A stretch of 64,000 nucleotides of DNA. Origin: an uncultured Gaiellales bacterium. Its GTDB lineage: Bacteria; Actinomycetota; Thermoleophilia; BMS3ABIN01. Positions 1 through 9,264 of the stretch are shown one piece after another. The stretch is taken from positions 6,345 through 70,344 of the forward strand of contig CAZCCR010000004.1 of assembly GCA_964497425.1 (NCBI GenBank). Direction: 5' to 3'. The translations under genes and the position numbers were made by a program. The first letter of the stretch is position 1. Each line of letters begins with the position of its first letter. Below the pieces are notes generated by a model. The model ran no database searches. It worked only from the letters and a program-made list of their open reading frames with translations, and was not told the DNA's origin.

Positions 1-598
1 GACACCGCACCGGTGAATCGTCAACGCCGCTGAATCCCCCCGGGACCGAAGCAGAAGAGACTTCCGCCTTCGCTTCGCCGATGCTCAATACATGACTGAC
101 CACCGACACGCCGAACTCCGCCAGAAGCTTCCTGGCGATGGCTCCCACAGCCACTCTCGCTGCGGTCTCGCGGGCACTGGCCCGTTCCAGCACGTTGCGG
201 ATATCCATGTGCCCGAATTTCTGCATCCCTGCCAGGTCTGCGTGACCGGGCCTGGGAACTGTAACCGCCTCGCCCAGTGAGTTGTCACTGCCCTTGCCGC
301 TGTCACCATCATTACCGCCTCCGGGGTCCATGACCTCACGCCAGTTCTGCCAGTCCCTGTTCTCGATGCGCAGACCGATGGGCGAACCCAGAGTCAGCCC
401 GTGCCTGACGCCGCACGAGATTATCGCCCTGTCGCTTTCAATCTTCATCCGGCCGCCACGTCCGTAGCCCAGCTGCCGACGGGCCAGGTCCGCATCCAGG
501 TCGGCAGCCTCCAGCCGCAGGCCTGCCGGCACCCCCGCGACTACTGCCAGCAACTCCGGCCCATGAGACTCACCAGCTGTGTTGTAAGTTAGGTACAA
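1..598 (-). CDS. aroC: chorismate synthase, N-terminal part (C-terminus lies beyond the window start)
   Basis: Hand translation of the minus strand gives TAGESHGPELLAVVAGVPAGL...LGYGRGGRMKIESD...RPGHADLAGMQKFG...RNVLERASARETAARVAVGAIA, a clear AroC signature. Probable TTG start at 596-598 preceded by GGAGG. The ORF track splits this region into small spurious ORFs. Confidence 0.85.
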   Translation of the reverse strand, partial: MYLTYNTAGESHGPELLAVVAGVPAGLRLEAADLDADLARRQLGYGRGGRMKIESDRAIISCGVRHGLTLGSPIGLRIENRDWQNWREVMDPGGGNDGDSGKGSDNSLGEAVTVPRPGHADLAGMQKFGHMDIRNVLERASARETAARVAVGAIARKLLAEFGVSVVSHVLSIGEAKAEVSSASVPGGFSGVDDSPVRC

Positions 599-706
599 AC
601 CGCCTCCGCAAGACGTGGGATTGCATCATCCACCCGTATTCTATAAAGATTCGTTCCGGAATGACCGGCGAAGAACGTAAAGGGACAGTAAACGCCGCGG
701 GAGCGA

Positions 707-1222
707 CTATTTCGAAGGCACAGGCGTAGTCCCCCCACCTGTCGTCCCCCCGCTAGTGGTGCCACCGGTAGTGCCACCGGTAGTGCCACCGGTAGTGCCG
801 CCCGTAGTCCCTCCCGTGGTCCCACCCGTCGTGCCGCCTGACGGGAATGTGCCGGGAGATGTGGAGCCCGAAGAGGGTGTGACACCAGTCGATGTCCTGA
901 ACGCTCCGATGCCGGGCTGCTCGATGAAAGGATCCTTTCGGTTGAAAACCCTCTTCCACATGGTCGATGAGCTGGTCGGGCTGGCCTGTGCCTGTTGTGA
1001 TTTCTTCCGGGAACTCGATGAAGCAGATTCCTTCTCTGCCTGCGTAGCCGCTTTCGTCCTGCTCTGCGTCTCCGTTTTCGCCTTGGTGACCGGCGGCGGC
1101 GCTTCCTCCTCGCCACAGGAGATCGCGAGTCCGATAGCGAGCACGACGAGAACCACAGCGGCTATAGCCGCCAGCACGGGCGAACCCTTGAACTCGTCTA
1201 TCTTCTGTAGATATCCTTTCAT
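707..1222 (-). CDS. membrane-anchored lipoprotein-like protein in the PilP position, with a C-terminal Gly/Thr tandem repeat
   Basis: N-terminal hydrophobic helix followed by LAISC (lipobox-like). The rest is low complexity (S/T/Q/K-rich) ending in (GGTT)n. It lies directly downstream of pilO in the same orientation. No similarity to pilins. Confidence 0.45.
   Translation of the reverse strand: MKGYLQKIDEFKGSPVLAAIAAVVLVVLAIGLAISCGEEEAPPPVTKAKTETQSRTKAATQAEKESASSSSRKKSQQAQASPTSSSTMWKRVFNRKDPFIEQPGIGAFRTSTGVTPSSGSTSPGTFPSGGTTGGTTGGTTGGTTGGTTGGTTGGTTSGGTTGGGTTPVPSK
755..836 (-). repeat. 12-bp tandem repeat (GGTAGTGCCACC x ~4, degenerating) encoding the (GGTT)n tail
   Basis: Direct reading. 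Confidence 0.8.
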
Positions 1223-1240
1223 CTCCGCAAGAGCCCCCGC

Positions 1241-1894
1241 TTACTGTCCCTGCGCCGCACCGGCGGCCTGCTCGTTTTGTTTCGCTCCCTCGTCGGCAGC
1301 CCGCCCGGCTGTCTTGGACGGCGGCGCCGGCGCCGTGATATAGGTGTTTATCCCCAGTTTGCAGGTGACATAATTGGTCCTCTCCTGCAGGTCTCCCAGT
1401 TCTATCAGCACGGTGACCACACTGATGAAACGGCCGCTTACGTTCACGTCGGAACCTTCCAGTCGCGCGTAGTTCTCGACGCGGTAGAGGAAATCGTTGA
1501 CATCGAAGAACCTGCCCTCGAAGGCGAGGTCCATGGGTACCACCGTGTTGCCGCTTACCTCAACCGGATCCTTGGGGGCTATCTTGACGAAATCGATCCC
1601 GGCCCGGTGCGCGCTCTGGTTCAGTTCGATTATCATCGACGGTACCTGTTCATCCACCGGTATCAGCTTGTTGATCTTCAGCAGGTCTTCCTGGGCCTGC
1701 AGAGCCGCGCGCCGCTCTTCCGGCAGCCGCTCCAGCCTGGCTTTATCCGTCTCGAACTGACGCTTCTCCGCATCCCGTTTCTGCTGCACGTCGGCAAGGT
1801 CGCTGCGCTTGGGGCTGATCATCAGGAAATACCACGCGACAATCAATACCACAACACCCAGGCCTATGAGGATATATATGTCTCTTCGTCTCAT
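1241..1894 (-). CDS. pilO: type IV pilus assembly protein PilO
   Basis: Single N-terminal TM helix followed by coiled-coil (QQKRDAEKRQFETDKARLERLPEERRAALQAQEDLLKINKLIP) and a C-terminal alpha/beta domain. Positioned after pilM-pilN. Confidence 0.75.
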   Translation of the reverse strand: MRRRDIYILIGLGVVVLIVAWYFLMISPKRSDLADVQQKRDAEKRQFETDKARLERLPEERRAALQAQEDLLKINKLIPVDEQVPSMIIELNQSAHRAGIDFVKIAPKDPVEVSGNTVVPMDLAFEGRFFDVNDFLYRVENYARLEGSDVNVSGRFISVVTVLIELGDLQERTNYVTCKLGINTYITAPAPPSKTAGRAADEGAKQNEQAAGAAQGQ

Positions 1895-1906
1895 TACACT
1901 CCCGGG

Positions 1907-2665
1907 TTATCCGGCACCCGTGGTCGTGCCGCCGGTGCCGGCGCCGGTGCTCGTGCCGTTGGTCCCTGTGGTACCCGTGGTTCCTGTATTCGTCGTACCG
2001 GTTCCGGTGGTAGCAGCCGCCGACGGCCCTTCCTCTCCGGTAGTGGGCGCCACCGCCGGCTTGGTGGTATCCTGGTCAGAGGCCAGGTCCGCCCCCACCT
2101 CGAAGTTGATGGCGAGTCCACCGCTGGCTATCTGCTCCCTTTCCGCGCTGACGAGATGGACGTCCGTCAGTCCCGGTATCAGCGCCATGCGCACCATCAG
2201 TATGGCGACCGTGTCCATATCCCTGGTGAAACCCTTGACGGTGAAATCGTACTTCTTCTGCTCGTTCGCCTTGGTTTTCTTCTCCGTGATGACCAGGCCG
2301 GGGACAGTGCCGCTGATCGTATCCAACCATATCTCTTCCGGTATGACAAAAGAGAGGTCATCCATGATCCGTGACCAGCGCACCCTTTGGGAATAGAGGC
2401 TGACGACGGTATCGAGCCTCCCCTGCTTGTCGTCCTGGATACTCTCGTATTCCGCCAGCTCCTTGACCTGCGGCGCCTGGGCGGCGTTGCTGCGCTGGTA
2501 GTCCTCATACTCCTGCTGCGTGTTGCTGACCTGCCTGTCTATGGCGTAATAGGTGCTGCCCATCGCTATCAGGAGTATCGCTGCGCCCGCCACCGGCACG
2601 ATATAGAAGCGGCGGCGGAACTCCTTGCGCTGTTCTTCTATTGGTACAAGATTGACTCGTGGCAC
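1907..2665 (-). CDS. pilN: type IV pilus assembly protein PilN, with a C-terminal Thr/Gly-rich tail
   Basis: MPRVNLVPIEEQRKEF N-terminus (PilN motif that binds PilM) followed by a TM helix. Start overlaps the pilM stop (ATGA). The C-terminal 40 aa are a T/G repeat. Confidence 0.8.
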   Translation of the reverse strand: MPRVNLVPIEEQRKEFRRRFYIVPVAGAAILLIAMGSTYYAIDRQVSNTQQEYEDYQRSNAAQAPQVKELAEYESIQDDKQGRLDTVVSLYSQRVRWSRIMDDLSFVIPEEIWLDTISGTVPGLVITEKKTKANEQKKYDFTVKGFTRDMDTVAILMVRMALIPGLTDVHLVSAEREQIASGGLAINFEVGADLASDQDTTKPAVAPTTGEEGPSAAATTGTGTTNTGTTGTTGTNGTSTGAGTGGTTTGAG

Positions 2666-2667
2666 GG

Positions 2668-4575
2668 CTACTCCTCGTCCTCAAGGGCAAGGCCGATGGC
2701 GATAGCCAGCCTCGGGGCCAGCGCCTTCAGGTCCTCGTCGCTCAGGTCCGATTTATTGCCTGCTATCCTCACCAGCGGATCGCCCAGCTCCACCGGGAAG
2801 GTGAACAGGTGAGAAAGTTGCCGGTCCAGGTTGGGCAGGAGCGCCCCACCGCCGCTCAGCAGGAGACGGCCGATAGGCAGGGACTCTTCCTGGGAAAGAT
2901 AATAATCGAGGGAACGCCTCAGCTCATCGGCGAAGCTGTCCGCCGTGAGTTCCAGGGCCCTTTGTACCGTCTCCTTCAATTCCTTTTCTTCATCCACTGC
3001 CTCATCGCCTGCTTCCGGCCATGACAGTTCGGACCCGGAATCAGGCCCAGCCCCCGTCGCTTCCTCTTCCGGCCGCTCCGGCTGCTCCGGCCGCCCGTCG
3101 CCTTCCCTTCCGCCTTCATCACCGCCGGACGAAACCTGCTCTTCTGATGGTCCCGGCCCCTGCGGTGACGCGGGCCCTTCCAGGAAATCGCCTCCCTGCG
3201 GAGGTACTTCATTTGCAGAGTCATCGTCTCCGGCACTACGGTCTTCTCCATCCTGGTCGTCCGTGGGCGTGCCGCCGTCTGTCTTCGGGTTGCCGGTTTC
3301 CGCATCAGGTCCCGGCCCGGCAGTCTCCGCCCCCGGCGCCGGCAGCCCTGTCTGTGCCTTGAGTGTCTCGGCCTCGATGAACGGTACTCCTGTCTGTTCC
3401 TGGACGGCGCGGGTGAAATCATCTCCACCGAATGAGATGATCCTGGTGAACTGTGGCTCCCCGTTCGCCTCTACCACCATGTTGGTGACATCGGAGGCGA
3501 TATTGACGATGGCCAAAGCCTGGCCTGTCTTGGTCCCTTCGTCCAGGAAGCTGCGCGTGGAGAAGGACCTGAGCATGGCGAACGCCTGCAGATCGATGCC
3601 ATCGATGGTGAGCCTGGCTTTCTTCACGGCGTCTATGTAATTCATTACCATGGCCTTCTGAGCCGCTACCACCAGAACCTTCTGTTTCTCGACACCGTCC
3701 TCATCGGTGAAACGCCGAATGACGTGGAAGTCGAACACCGCGTCCTCTATGGGTATGGGGATGTAGTCCTGGGCCTGGAATTCGATTGCCTGCCGCAGCT
3801 CCTTCTTTGCCAGAGCCGGGAAGTCCAGCGTCCTGACCACTATCTTCTGGCTGGCCAGGCCCAGGGCGACCTTTCTCCCCCGGATCTTGTAGGATTTCCA
3901 GAAGTTCTTCAGGGCGTTGCCCAGCGCATCCACATCGATGACCTCGCCCTCGCTGATGATGCCCTCGGGCAACTGGTCGATTGCCGCCGAGATGACCACT
4001 GAGCCTTCAGTCTGATGTTTCAGCCTGGCGGCGGAGATCGACGACCTCCCCAGGTCGAGGCCGACGGGGCTGTACTTGGAACCGCCGAAGGTCTTCTTTT
4101 TCTTGCTGCCCGAATCCTCAATTTTAAGCTTTGCGGGCTTTTTGGGCTTTCGCGCAAACAGCCCTTTCTTCTTCGGTCCCTTCCCTTCTCCGGCCGGTTC
4201 GCCCGCAGCTGAGGGAGCCTTTCCCTGAGGCGGTAGCTTCGCCTCATCCCCCGGCTCCCCCTCCCCGGCTTTCTTCTTCTTGCCGAACGCGAACAGCGGC
4301 TTCTTCTCCCTGGGCTTCTTATCTTTGGGCTTCTTATCTTTGGGCTTCTTATCTTTTGGTTTTTTCTCTTTTGGTTTCCTGTCTTCAGGCTTTTTCCCGA
4401 AGGAGAACAGCGGCTTTTTCTGCTTTTTCTGCTTTTTCTGCTTCTTCGGTTTCTCCTGGGCGTTTTCAGTCGAACCGCTCCCGGCGGCGCCTGACCCCCC
4501 CGGTGAGGGTTGCTTCACGTCATCTGCGGGCTGCTTTGGTTTCTTTTTAAAAAATCCGGCCATTAATTCATGCAA
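2668..4575 (-). CDS. pilM: type IV pilus assembly ATPase-fold protein PilM, with a ~175 aa polybasic N-terminal extension and a ~130 aa acidic insertion
   Basis: The core (GLDLGRSSISAARL...ASQKIVVRTLDFPALAKKELRQAIEFQAQDYIPIPIEDAVFDF...LLSGGGALLPNLDRQLSHLFTFPVELGDPLV) is an actin-like PilM. The N-terminus holds KKPKDKKPKDKKPKDKKP and KKQKKQKKQKK repeats. An internal D/E/P/G-rich segment is present. The true start within the K-rich region is uncertain. Confidence 0.8.
   Translation of the reverse strand: MHELMAGFFKKKPKQPADDVKQPSPGGSGAAGSGSTENAQEKPKKQKKQKKQKKPLFSFGKKPEDRKPKEKKPKDKKPKDKKPKDKKPREKKPLFAFGKKKKAGEGEPGDEAKLPPQGKAPSAAGEPAGEGKGPKKKGLFARKPKKPAKLKIEDSGSKKKKTFGGSKYSPVGLDLGRSSISAARLKHQTEGSVVISAAIDQLPEGIISEGEVIDVDALGNALKNFWKSYKIRGRKVALGLASQKIVVRTLDFPALAKKELRQAIEFQAQDYIPIPIEDAVFDFHVIRRFTDEDGVEKQKVLVVAAQKAMVMNYIDAVKKARLTIDGIDLQAFAMLRSFSTRSFLDEGTKTGQALAIVNIASDVTNMVVEANGEPQFTRIISFGGDDFTRAVQEQTGVPFIEAETLKAQTGLPAPGAETAGPGPDAETGNPKTDGGTPTDDQDGEDRSAGDDDSANEVPPQGGDFLEGPASPQGPGPSEEQVSSGGDEGGREGDGRPEQPERPEEEATGAGPDSGSELSWPEAGDEAVDEEKELKETVQRALELTADSFADELRRSLDYYLSQEESLPIGRLLLSGGGALLPNLDRQLSHLFTFPVELGDPLVRIAGNKSDLSDEDLKALAPRLAIAIGLALEDEE
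4296..4445 (-). repeat. tandem DNA repeats (15-bp unit CTTCTTATCTTTGGG x3 plus degenerate copies, and 9-bp unit CTTTTTCTG x3) encoding the lysine-rich PilM N-terminus
   Basis: Direct reading of 4301-4345 and 4408-4443. Confidence 0.8.
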
Positions 4576-4691
4576 ACACCATCGGTCCTGAAACGGACTG
4601 GACTGGGGATTAGCTTCGACGATGCGTCAGGTTTTCCTTTATTGCTCAAAAGCTTATCGGCACTCCACGCCGTTTGCTGAGAGCCCTTTAT

Positions 4692-5465
4692 TCAAGGCAA
4701 CAACCCGGAGATCGCTTCCCCCGGGACCGTGCTCCTCATCAGCGCCTCGCCGACGAGCACAGCGTCCACGCCGGCCTGCCTGAGAGCAAGCACATCGTCG
4801 GAGCTATGGATGCCGCTCTCACTCACAACCACCGCCCCCTCGGAGACAAACTCTATCAGATTCAGCGTCGTCTCCAAATCCACCTCGAAACTGTGCAGGT
4901 TCCGGTTGTTGATACCTATTATGGCCGGCTCGACGGCCAGAGCTCGCTCCATCTCTCCCCGGTCGTGCACTTCCACCAGACACTCCAGTCCCAGGGAGTG
5001 AGCGTCGGCGTACAGGCCGGCGAGAGACTCATCGTCGAGAGCCGCCACGATCAGCAGCACGGCGTCAGCGCCCGCGCCGGCGGCCTCGAGCAGCTGGTAT
5101 TCGTCGATGATGAAATCCTTCCTCAGCAGCGGCAGGCTGCAGGCCGAGCGCGCCTGCCCCAGGTCCTCCAGGCTGCCCCGGAAATAGTGCTCTTCGGTGA
5201 GTACTGAGACCGCAGCCGCCCCACCCGCCTCGTAGGAGGCGGCTATCTCCGCCACATCCAGATCCGGCCGTATCGGCCCCCTGGAGGGCGAAGCCCTCTT
5301 TATCTCGGCGATCACTGATATCTCCGGCCCCGCCAGGGCATCCCGGAACACCCGGCCTCCCGGCCGGAAGGCGCCCGTTTTCAGCTCCGTCGCCGAAAGG
5401 CGCCGCTTTCGCGACTCCAGGTCGGCGCGGGTGGAGTCCAGTATCTCCTCAAGGAACCCGGCCAA
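4692..5465 (-). CDS. trpC: indole-3-glycerol phosphate synthase
   Basis: IAEIKRASPSRGPIR...LTEEHYFRGSLEDL...LLRKDFIIDEYQ...IGINNRNLHSFEVDL motifs. The ORF-track start (5567) overlaps trpD by 100 nt. The more likely start is TTG at 5463-5465, which overlaps the trpD stop and follows GGAGG. Confidence 0.85.
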   Translation of the reverse strand: MAGFLEEILDSTRADLESRKRRLSATELKTGAFRPGGRVFRDALAGPEISVIAEIKRASPSRGPIRPDLDVAEIAASYEAGGAAAVSVLTEEHYFRGSLEDLGQARSACSLPLLRKDFIIDEYQLLEAAGAGADAVLLIVAALDDESLAGLYADAHSLGLECLVEVHDRGEMERALAVEPAIIGINNRNLHSFEVDLETTLNLIEFVSEGAVVVSESGIHSSDDVLALRQAGVDAVLVGEALMRSTVPGEAISGLLP

Positions 5466-5466
5466 G

Positions 5467-6513
5467 TCAGTCCCGGCCTCCACTCCTGGTCCTGGCGATG
5501 AAACGGTCCAGCTTCTCCAGAGCGGCGCCGGAGTCGATGCTGCCGCCGGCCTGTTCCACACCGGCATCGATGCTTTCGGCGGCGCCTACCGTGTAAAGGG
5601 CGGCGGCGGCGTTCAGCAACACGATGTCACGCCTGACGCCGGTCTCCCCTTCCAGGATGTTCCTGAGGATACGGGCGTTCTCGGCAGCGTCGCCGCCGGC
5701 GAGCATCTCGTTGTCCTCCGCCGTCTCCAGCCCGAACTGTCCCGGCTCGATGGTATAGACTTCCACGCCATCCTCTCCCTTGACCTCCGCCACGTCCGTG
5801 GGGCCGGAGATGGATATCTCGTCCAGGCCGTCATGCCCGTGCACCACCATGCCCCGGCGGCACCCCAGCCGCCCCAGCGCCTCGGCTAGCACCTCCAGGT
5901 ATGCCCTGGCGGAGACCCCGATCAGCTGGTACTCGGCCCCGGCCGGGTTGGTCAGGGGGCCGAGGAAGTTGAAGATGGTGCGCACGCCCAGCTCCTTGCG
6001 CACCGGCACCACATGCTTCATCGCCTGGTGGTGCACCGGGGCGAACATGAAGCCTATGCCCACCTCTTCTATGCAGGACGCCACATCCCCGGCGGAAAGG
6101 TCCAGGTTCGCCCCCAGGGCTTCCAGCACATCGGCGCTGCCGCACTGGCTGGTGGCGCTGCGGTTGCCGTGCTTGGCCACGCGTCCCTCCGCCCCCGCCA
6201 CCACGAAGGCGGCGGTGGTGGAGATGTTGAAGGTGCCGGCGCGGTCGCCGCCGGTGCCGCAGGTATCCACCAGGCGCAGTCCGGGGACATCCACCGCCAT
6301 CGAGAAGCGGCGCATGGTCCGCGCGAGGCCGGTTATCTCTTCCACTGTCTCACCTTTGGTCCTCAGGGCCACGAGGAAGCCGGCGGTCTGGGCTTCGCCG
6401 GAGTTGCCCGACATTATCTGCTCCAGCACGGCCTCCGTTTCCGCGCCGGTCAGATCGCCGCCGTCCGCCAGACGGTCGATGGCCGCGGTGAGAATATCGT
6501 TAGGCATGTTCAT
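5467..6513 (-). CDS. trpD: anthranilate phosphoribosyltransferase
   Basis: GFLVALRTKGET...DTCGTGGD...AKHGNRSATSQCGSADVLEALG motifs. Confidence 0.95.
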   Translation of the reverse strand: MNMPNDILTAAIDRLADGGDLTGAETEAVLEQIMSGNSGEAQTAGFLVALRTKGETVEEITGLARTMRRFSMAVDVPGLRLVDTCGTGGDRAGTFNISTTAAFVVAGAEGRVAKHGNRSATSQCGSADVLEALGANLDLSAGDVASCIEEVGIGFMFAPVHHQAMKHVVPVRKELGVRTIFNFLGPLTNPAGAEYQLIGVSARAYLEVLAEALGRLGCRRGMVVHGHDGLDEISISGPTDVAEVKGEDGVEVYTIEPGQFGLETAEDNEMLAGGDAAENARILRNILEGETGVRRDIVLLNAAAALYTVGAAESIDAGVEQAGGSIDSGAALEKLDRFIARTRSGGRD

Positions 6514-7096
6514 CCCCTCCCGTTCCCATGTTGAGAAAGTTGCCCAGTATCTTCCTGCCGCTGCCGGTAAGGATGCTCTCCGGGTGGAACTGCACCCCTT
6601 CCAGCGCCGGCAGGGTCAGGTGGCGCACCCCCATCACCACGTCGTCTTCCGTCCAGGCGGTAAGCTCCAGTTCGTCAGGAAGAGGGCTCTCGGCCACCAG
6701 CGAGTGGTAACGCGTGGCTGTCAGCGGGCTCTCCACACCGCTGAAGATGGTGCGTCCGTCATGGAAGACACGGGAGGTCTTTCCGTGGACAGGCTCGCGG
6801 CCACGGGCGATGGAGCCACCGAACACCTGGCAGATGGACTGGTGCCCCAGGCAAACGCCCAGGATGGGAAACTTGCCGCCCAGCTGCCGCACCACATCCA
6901 TGGATATGCCAGCCTCGTTGGGAGTGCAGGGCCCCGGCGATATCACCACATGGCTGGGCCCCCGCTCGGCTATCTCCGCCGGGGTGATGCTATCGTTGCG
7001 GAACACCTCTATACGAGCGCCCAGCTCGCCCAGGAACTGGACCAGGTTGTAGGTGAAAGAGTCGTAATTGTCCACTATCAGGACCCTGGCCGCCAT
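6500..7096 (-). CDS. trpG: anthranilate synthase component II (glutamine amidotransferase)
   Basis: VLIVDNYDSFTYNLVQ...GVCLGHQ...HSL triad. Confidence 0.9.
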   Translation of the reverse strand: MAARVLIVDNYDSFTYNLVQFLGELGARIEVFRNDSITPAEIAERGPSHVVISPGPCTPNEAGISMDVVRQLGGKFPILGVCLGHQSICQVFGGSIARGREPVHGKTSRVFHDGRTIFSGVESPLTATRYHSLVAESPLPDELELTAWTEDDVVMGVRHLTLPALEGVQFHPESILTGSGRKILGNFLNMGTGGDEHA

Positions 7097-8620
7097 CTAT
7101 TCCCACTCCTCCTGGGCCTGGGCCAGCTCTATCGCCTTGAACATGGCGCGGGCCTTGTTGCAGGTCTCCTCGAACTCGCTGGCGGGGACCGAGTCGGCCA
7201 CCACCCCGCCGCCGGCTTGCACGCAGGCGGTGCCGTCCTTGACGATGATGGTGCGGATACAGATACATGTATCCAGCTCGCCGTTATAGCTGAGGTAGCC
7301 GACGGCGCCGGCATACGGCCCCCGTTTCACCGGCTCCAGCTCGTCGATTATCTCCATGGAGCGTATCTTGGGGGCGCCGGAGACGGTGCCGGCGGGGAAG
7401 GCGGCTCTGAGCGCGTCCGTAGCCTTGAGTCCTTCCTTGAGCTTTCCCATCACCACGGAGACGATATGCATCACGTGGGAATAGTACTCTATGCGCATCA
7501 GGTCCACCACTTCCACCGTCCCCGGCTGACAGACCCGGCCCAGGTCGTTTCGCCCCAGATCCACCAGCATGATGTGCTCCGCCCTCTCCTTCTCGTCCGC
7601 CAGCAGATCGTCCGCCAGGCGCTTGTCCTCGTCTGGAGTGGCGCCACGGGGACGGGTACCGGCGATGGGCCTGGTCTCCACCCAGCCGCGGTTCACCTTG
7701 ATCAGGGGCTCCGGTGAAGAGCCTACCAGGGCATAGTCCCCGAAACTGATGAAGTACATATACGGAGACGGGTTCACCGTCCTCAGGCCTCGGTAGATAC
7801 CGAAGGGTGAGATATCCACATCCAGGCTGAACCGCTGTGACGGCACCGTCTGGAACGTGTCTCCGGCGACTATGTATTCCTTCACCCGCTCCACTGCCGC
7901 CTCGAAATCCCGCCGTCGAAAATTGGAGCTCGGTTCCGCCAACGGAGCCCGCTGGTGGGCGACAGGCCGGTGGAGAGGTTCGGAAAGCTTCTCCTTCAGC
8001 GAGCGGACCCGCTCGCAGGCCGCCTGGTAGGACTGCTCCAGATCCGCGCCCTCCTCGATGAAGACATTGGCCAGCAGCACTATGGTGTGCTTGAGATGGT
8101 CGAAGATGACTATGGAATCGGAGACCATGAACGCCATGTCCGGCAGGCCCAAGCCGTCCGGGTTGGGCGGGGGCAGCTCCTCCACCCAGCGCACCAGGTC
8201 GTAGCCGAAGAAGCCTACGGCGCCGCCGATGAAGGGCGGCAGCTCCTCCAGCTCCGGCGCGCGGTAGCGGGAGAGATAGCTCTCGATGGCTCCGAAGGGG
8301 TCGTCGCTGGTAGCGACGGAGGTGGAATCGCCCTCGCGGATAGTGAGTTCACCGTCGCTGAAGGTGACGAGAGCCCTGGGGTCGCAGCCAAGGAAGGAAT
8401 AGCGGCCGATGCGCTCCCCCTGTTCGGCGCTCTCCAGCAGGAACGCTTCCTGACGCGGCCCCAGCTTGAGGAATGCGGAGACAGGCGTCTCCAGGTCGGA
8501 TATGAAACTATGGTAGACCGGGATGAGGTTATATCCCTGGCGGCCCAGTTCCTCAACCTCCTGAAGGCCGGGATGGACCTCGATGCCCGGGGTGCCGGCA
8601 GCGGCCCCGTTCATTTCCAT
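7097..8620 (-). CDS. trpE: anthranilate synthase component I
   Basis: Chorismate-binding enzyme motifs ([29 protein letters not shown]). Confidence 0.92.
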   Translation of the reverse strand: MEMNGAAAGTPGIEVHPGLQEVEELGRQGYNLIPVYHSFISDLETPVSAFLKLGPRQEAFLLESAEQGERIGRYSFLGCDPRALVTFSDGELTIREGDSTSVATSDDPFGAIESYLSRYRAPELEELPPFIGGAVGFFGYDLVRWVEELPPPNPDGLGLPDMAFMVSDSIVIFDHLKHTIVLLANVFIEEGADLEQSYQAACERVRSLKEKLSEPLHRPVAHQRAPLAEPSSNFRRRDFEAAVERVKEYIVAGDTFQTVPSQRFSLDVDISPFGIYRGLRTVNPSPYMYFISFGDYALVGSSPEPLIKVNRGWVETRPIAGTRPRGATPDEDKRLADDLLADEKERAEHIMLVDLGRNDLGRVCQPGTVEVVDLMRIEYYSHVMHIVSVVMGKLKEGLKATDALRAAFPAGTVSGAPKIRSMEIIDELEPVKRGPYAGAVGYLSYNGELDTCICIRTIIVKDGTACVQAGGGVVADSVPASEFEETCNKARAMFKAIELAQAQEEWE

Positions 8621-9240
8621 CGCTTGAGCAGCTCCTCCCTCACTTCGTCGATGGCGACGCCGGCGCCGGCCAGCAGCACGGTGAGATGATACATGAGGTC
8701 GGCGGCCTCGCGGACCACTTCTTCCCGGCCGCCGCTCCGGGCCGCCTCCGTGAGTTCCGACGACTCCTCGCTTACTTTCGCGAGGACGGCCTCCGGCCCC
8801 TTCCGGAACAGTTCAGTGGTGTAGGAACCGGGGGGCATTATTTGTTTCCTCTGCCTCACCAGCTCGTAAAGCCGCGTCAGCACTTCGAAAGCGGCAGGCT
8901 TCAGCTCCTCCCCATCCAGTGAGCGGTGGAAGCAGGTGTGCTCGCCGGTGTGGCAGGCCGGACCCCTCTGCTCCACCAGGAGCAGGAGGCAGTCCAGGTC
9001 ACAGTCGTAGCGGATGCTCCTGACGAACTGGAAGTGGCCGCTGGTCTCGCCCTTGTTCCACAGCTGCCGGCGCGAACGGCTCCAGAACCAGGTGCGTCCG
9101 GTCCTGATGGTGTTCTCCAGCGATTCACTGTTCATGTAGGCCTGCATCAGGACCTCACCCGTGCTCCAGTCCTGGACGATGGCCGGCAGCAGGCCGCGGT
9201 CATCGAACGTCAGATCACTGATGGCTATCGCTTCTGCCAT
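8611..9240 (-). CDS. hisI: bifunctional phosphoribosyl-AMP cyclohydrolase / phosphoribosyl-ATP pyrophosphatase
   Basis: [21 protein letters not shown]...CHTGEHTCF (HisI) followed by a C-terminal HisE-like helical domain. Confidence 0.88.
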   Translation of the reverse strand: MAEAIAISDLTFDDRGLLPAIVQDWSTGEVLMQAYMNSESLENTIRTGRTWFWSRSRRQLWNKGETSGHFQFVRSIRYDCDLDCLLLLVEQRGPACHTGEHTCFHRSLDGEELKPAAFEVLTRLYELVRQRKQIMPPGSYTTELFRKGPEAVLAKVSEESSELTEAARSGGREEVVREAADLMYHLTVLLAGAGVAIDEVREELLKRWK

Positions 9241-9264
9241 GGCGCCAGGCCCCGGGGCGAGCCC

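Noticed and set aside
589-1116. Arg-rich 175-aa minus-strand ORF, and the small ORFs at 85-592
   Set aside because: They overlap the aroC and lipoprotein genes in other frames. Their composition is (R/K)n, an artefact.
5780-7717. 645-aa plus-strand ORF, and similar long plus-strand ORFs (1277..2374, 8926..10023, 14680..16308, 21833..22930, 33164..34351, 46943..47959, 48812..50959, 50574..51839, 55492..56622, 57116..59026, 61184..63526)
   Set aside because: They run antisense to strongly conserved minus-strand genes (trp, fdh, acs and others). They are Ala/Arg/Gly/Pro-rich with no recognisable domains. These are the typical stop-codon-poor antisense frames of high-GC DNA.
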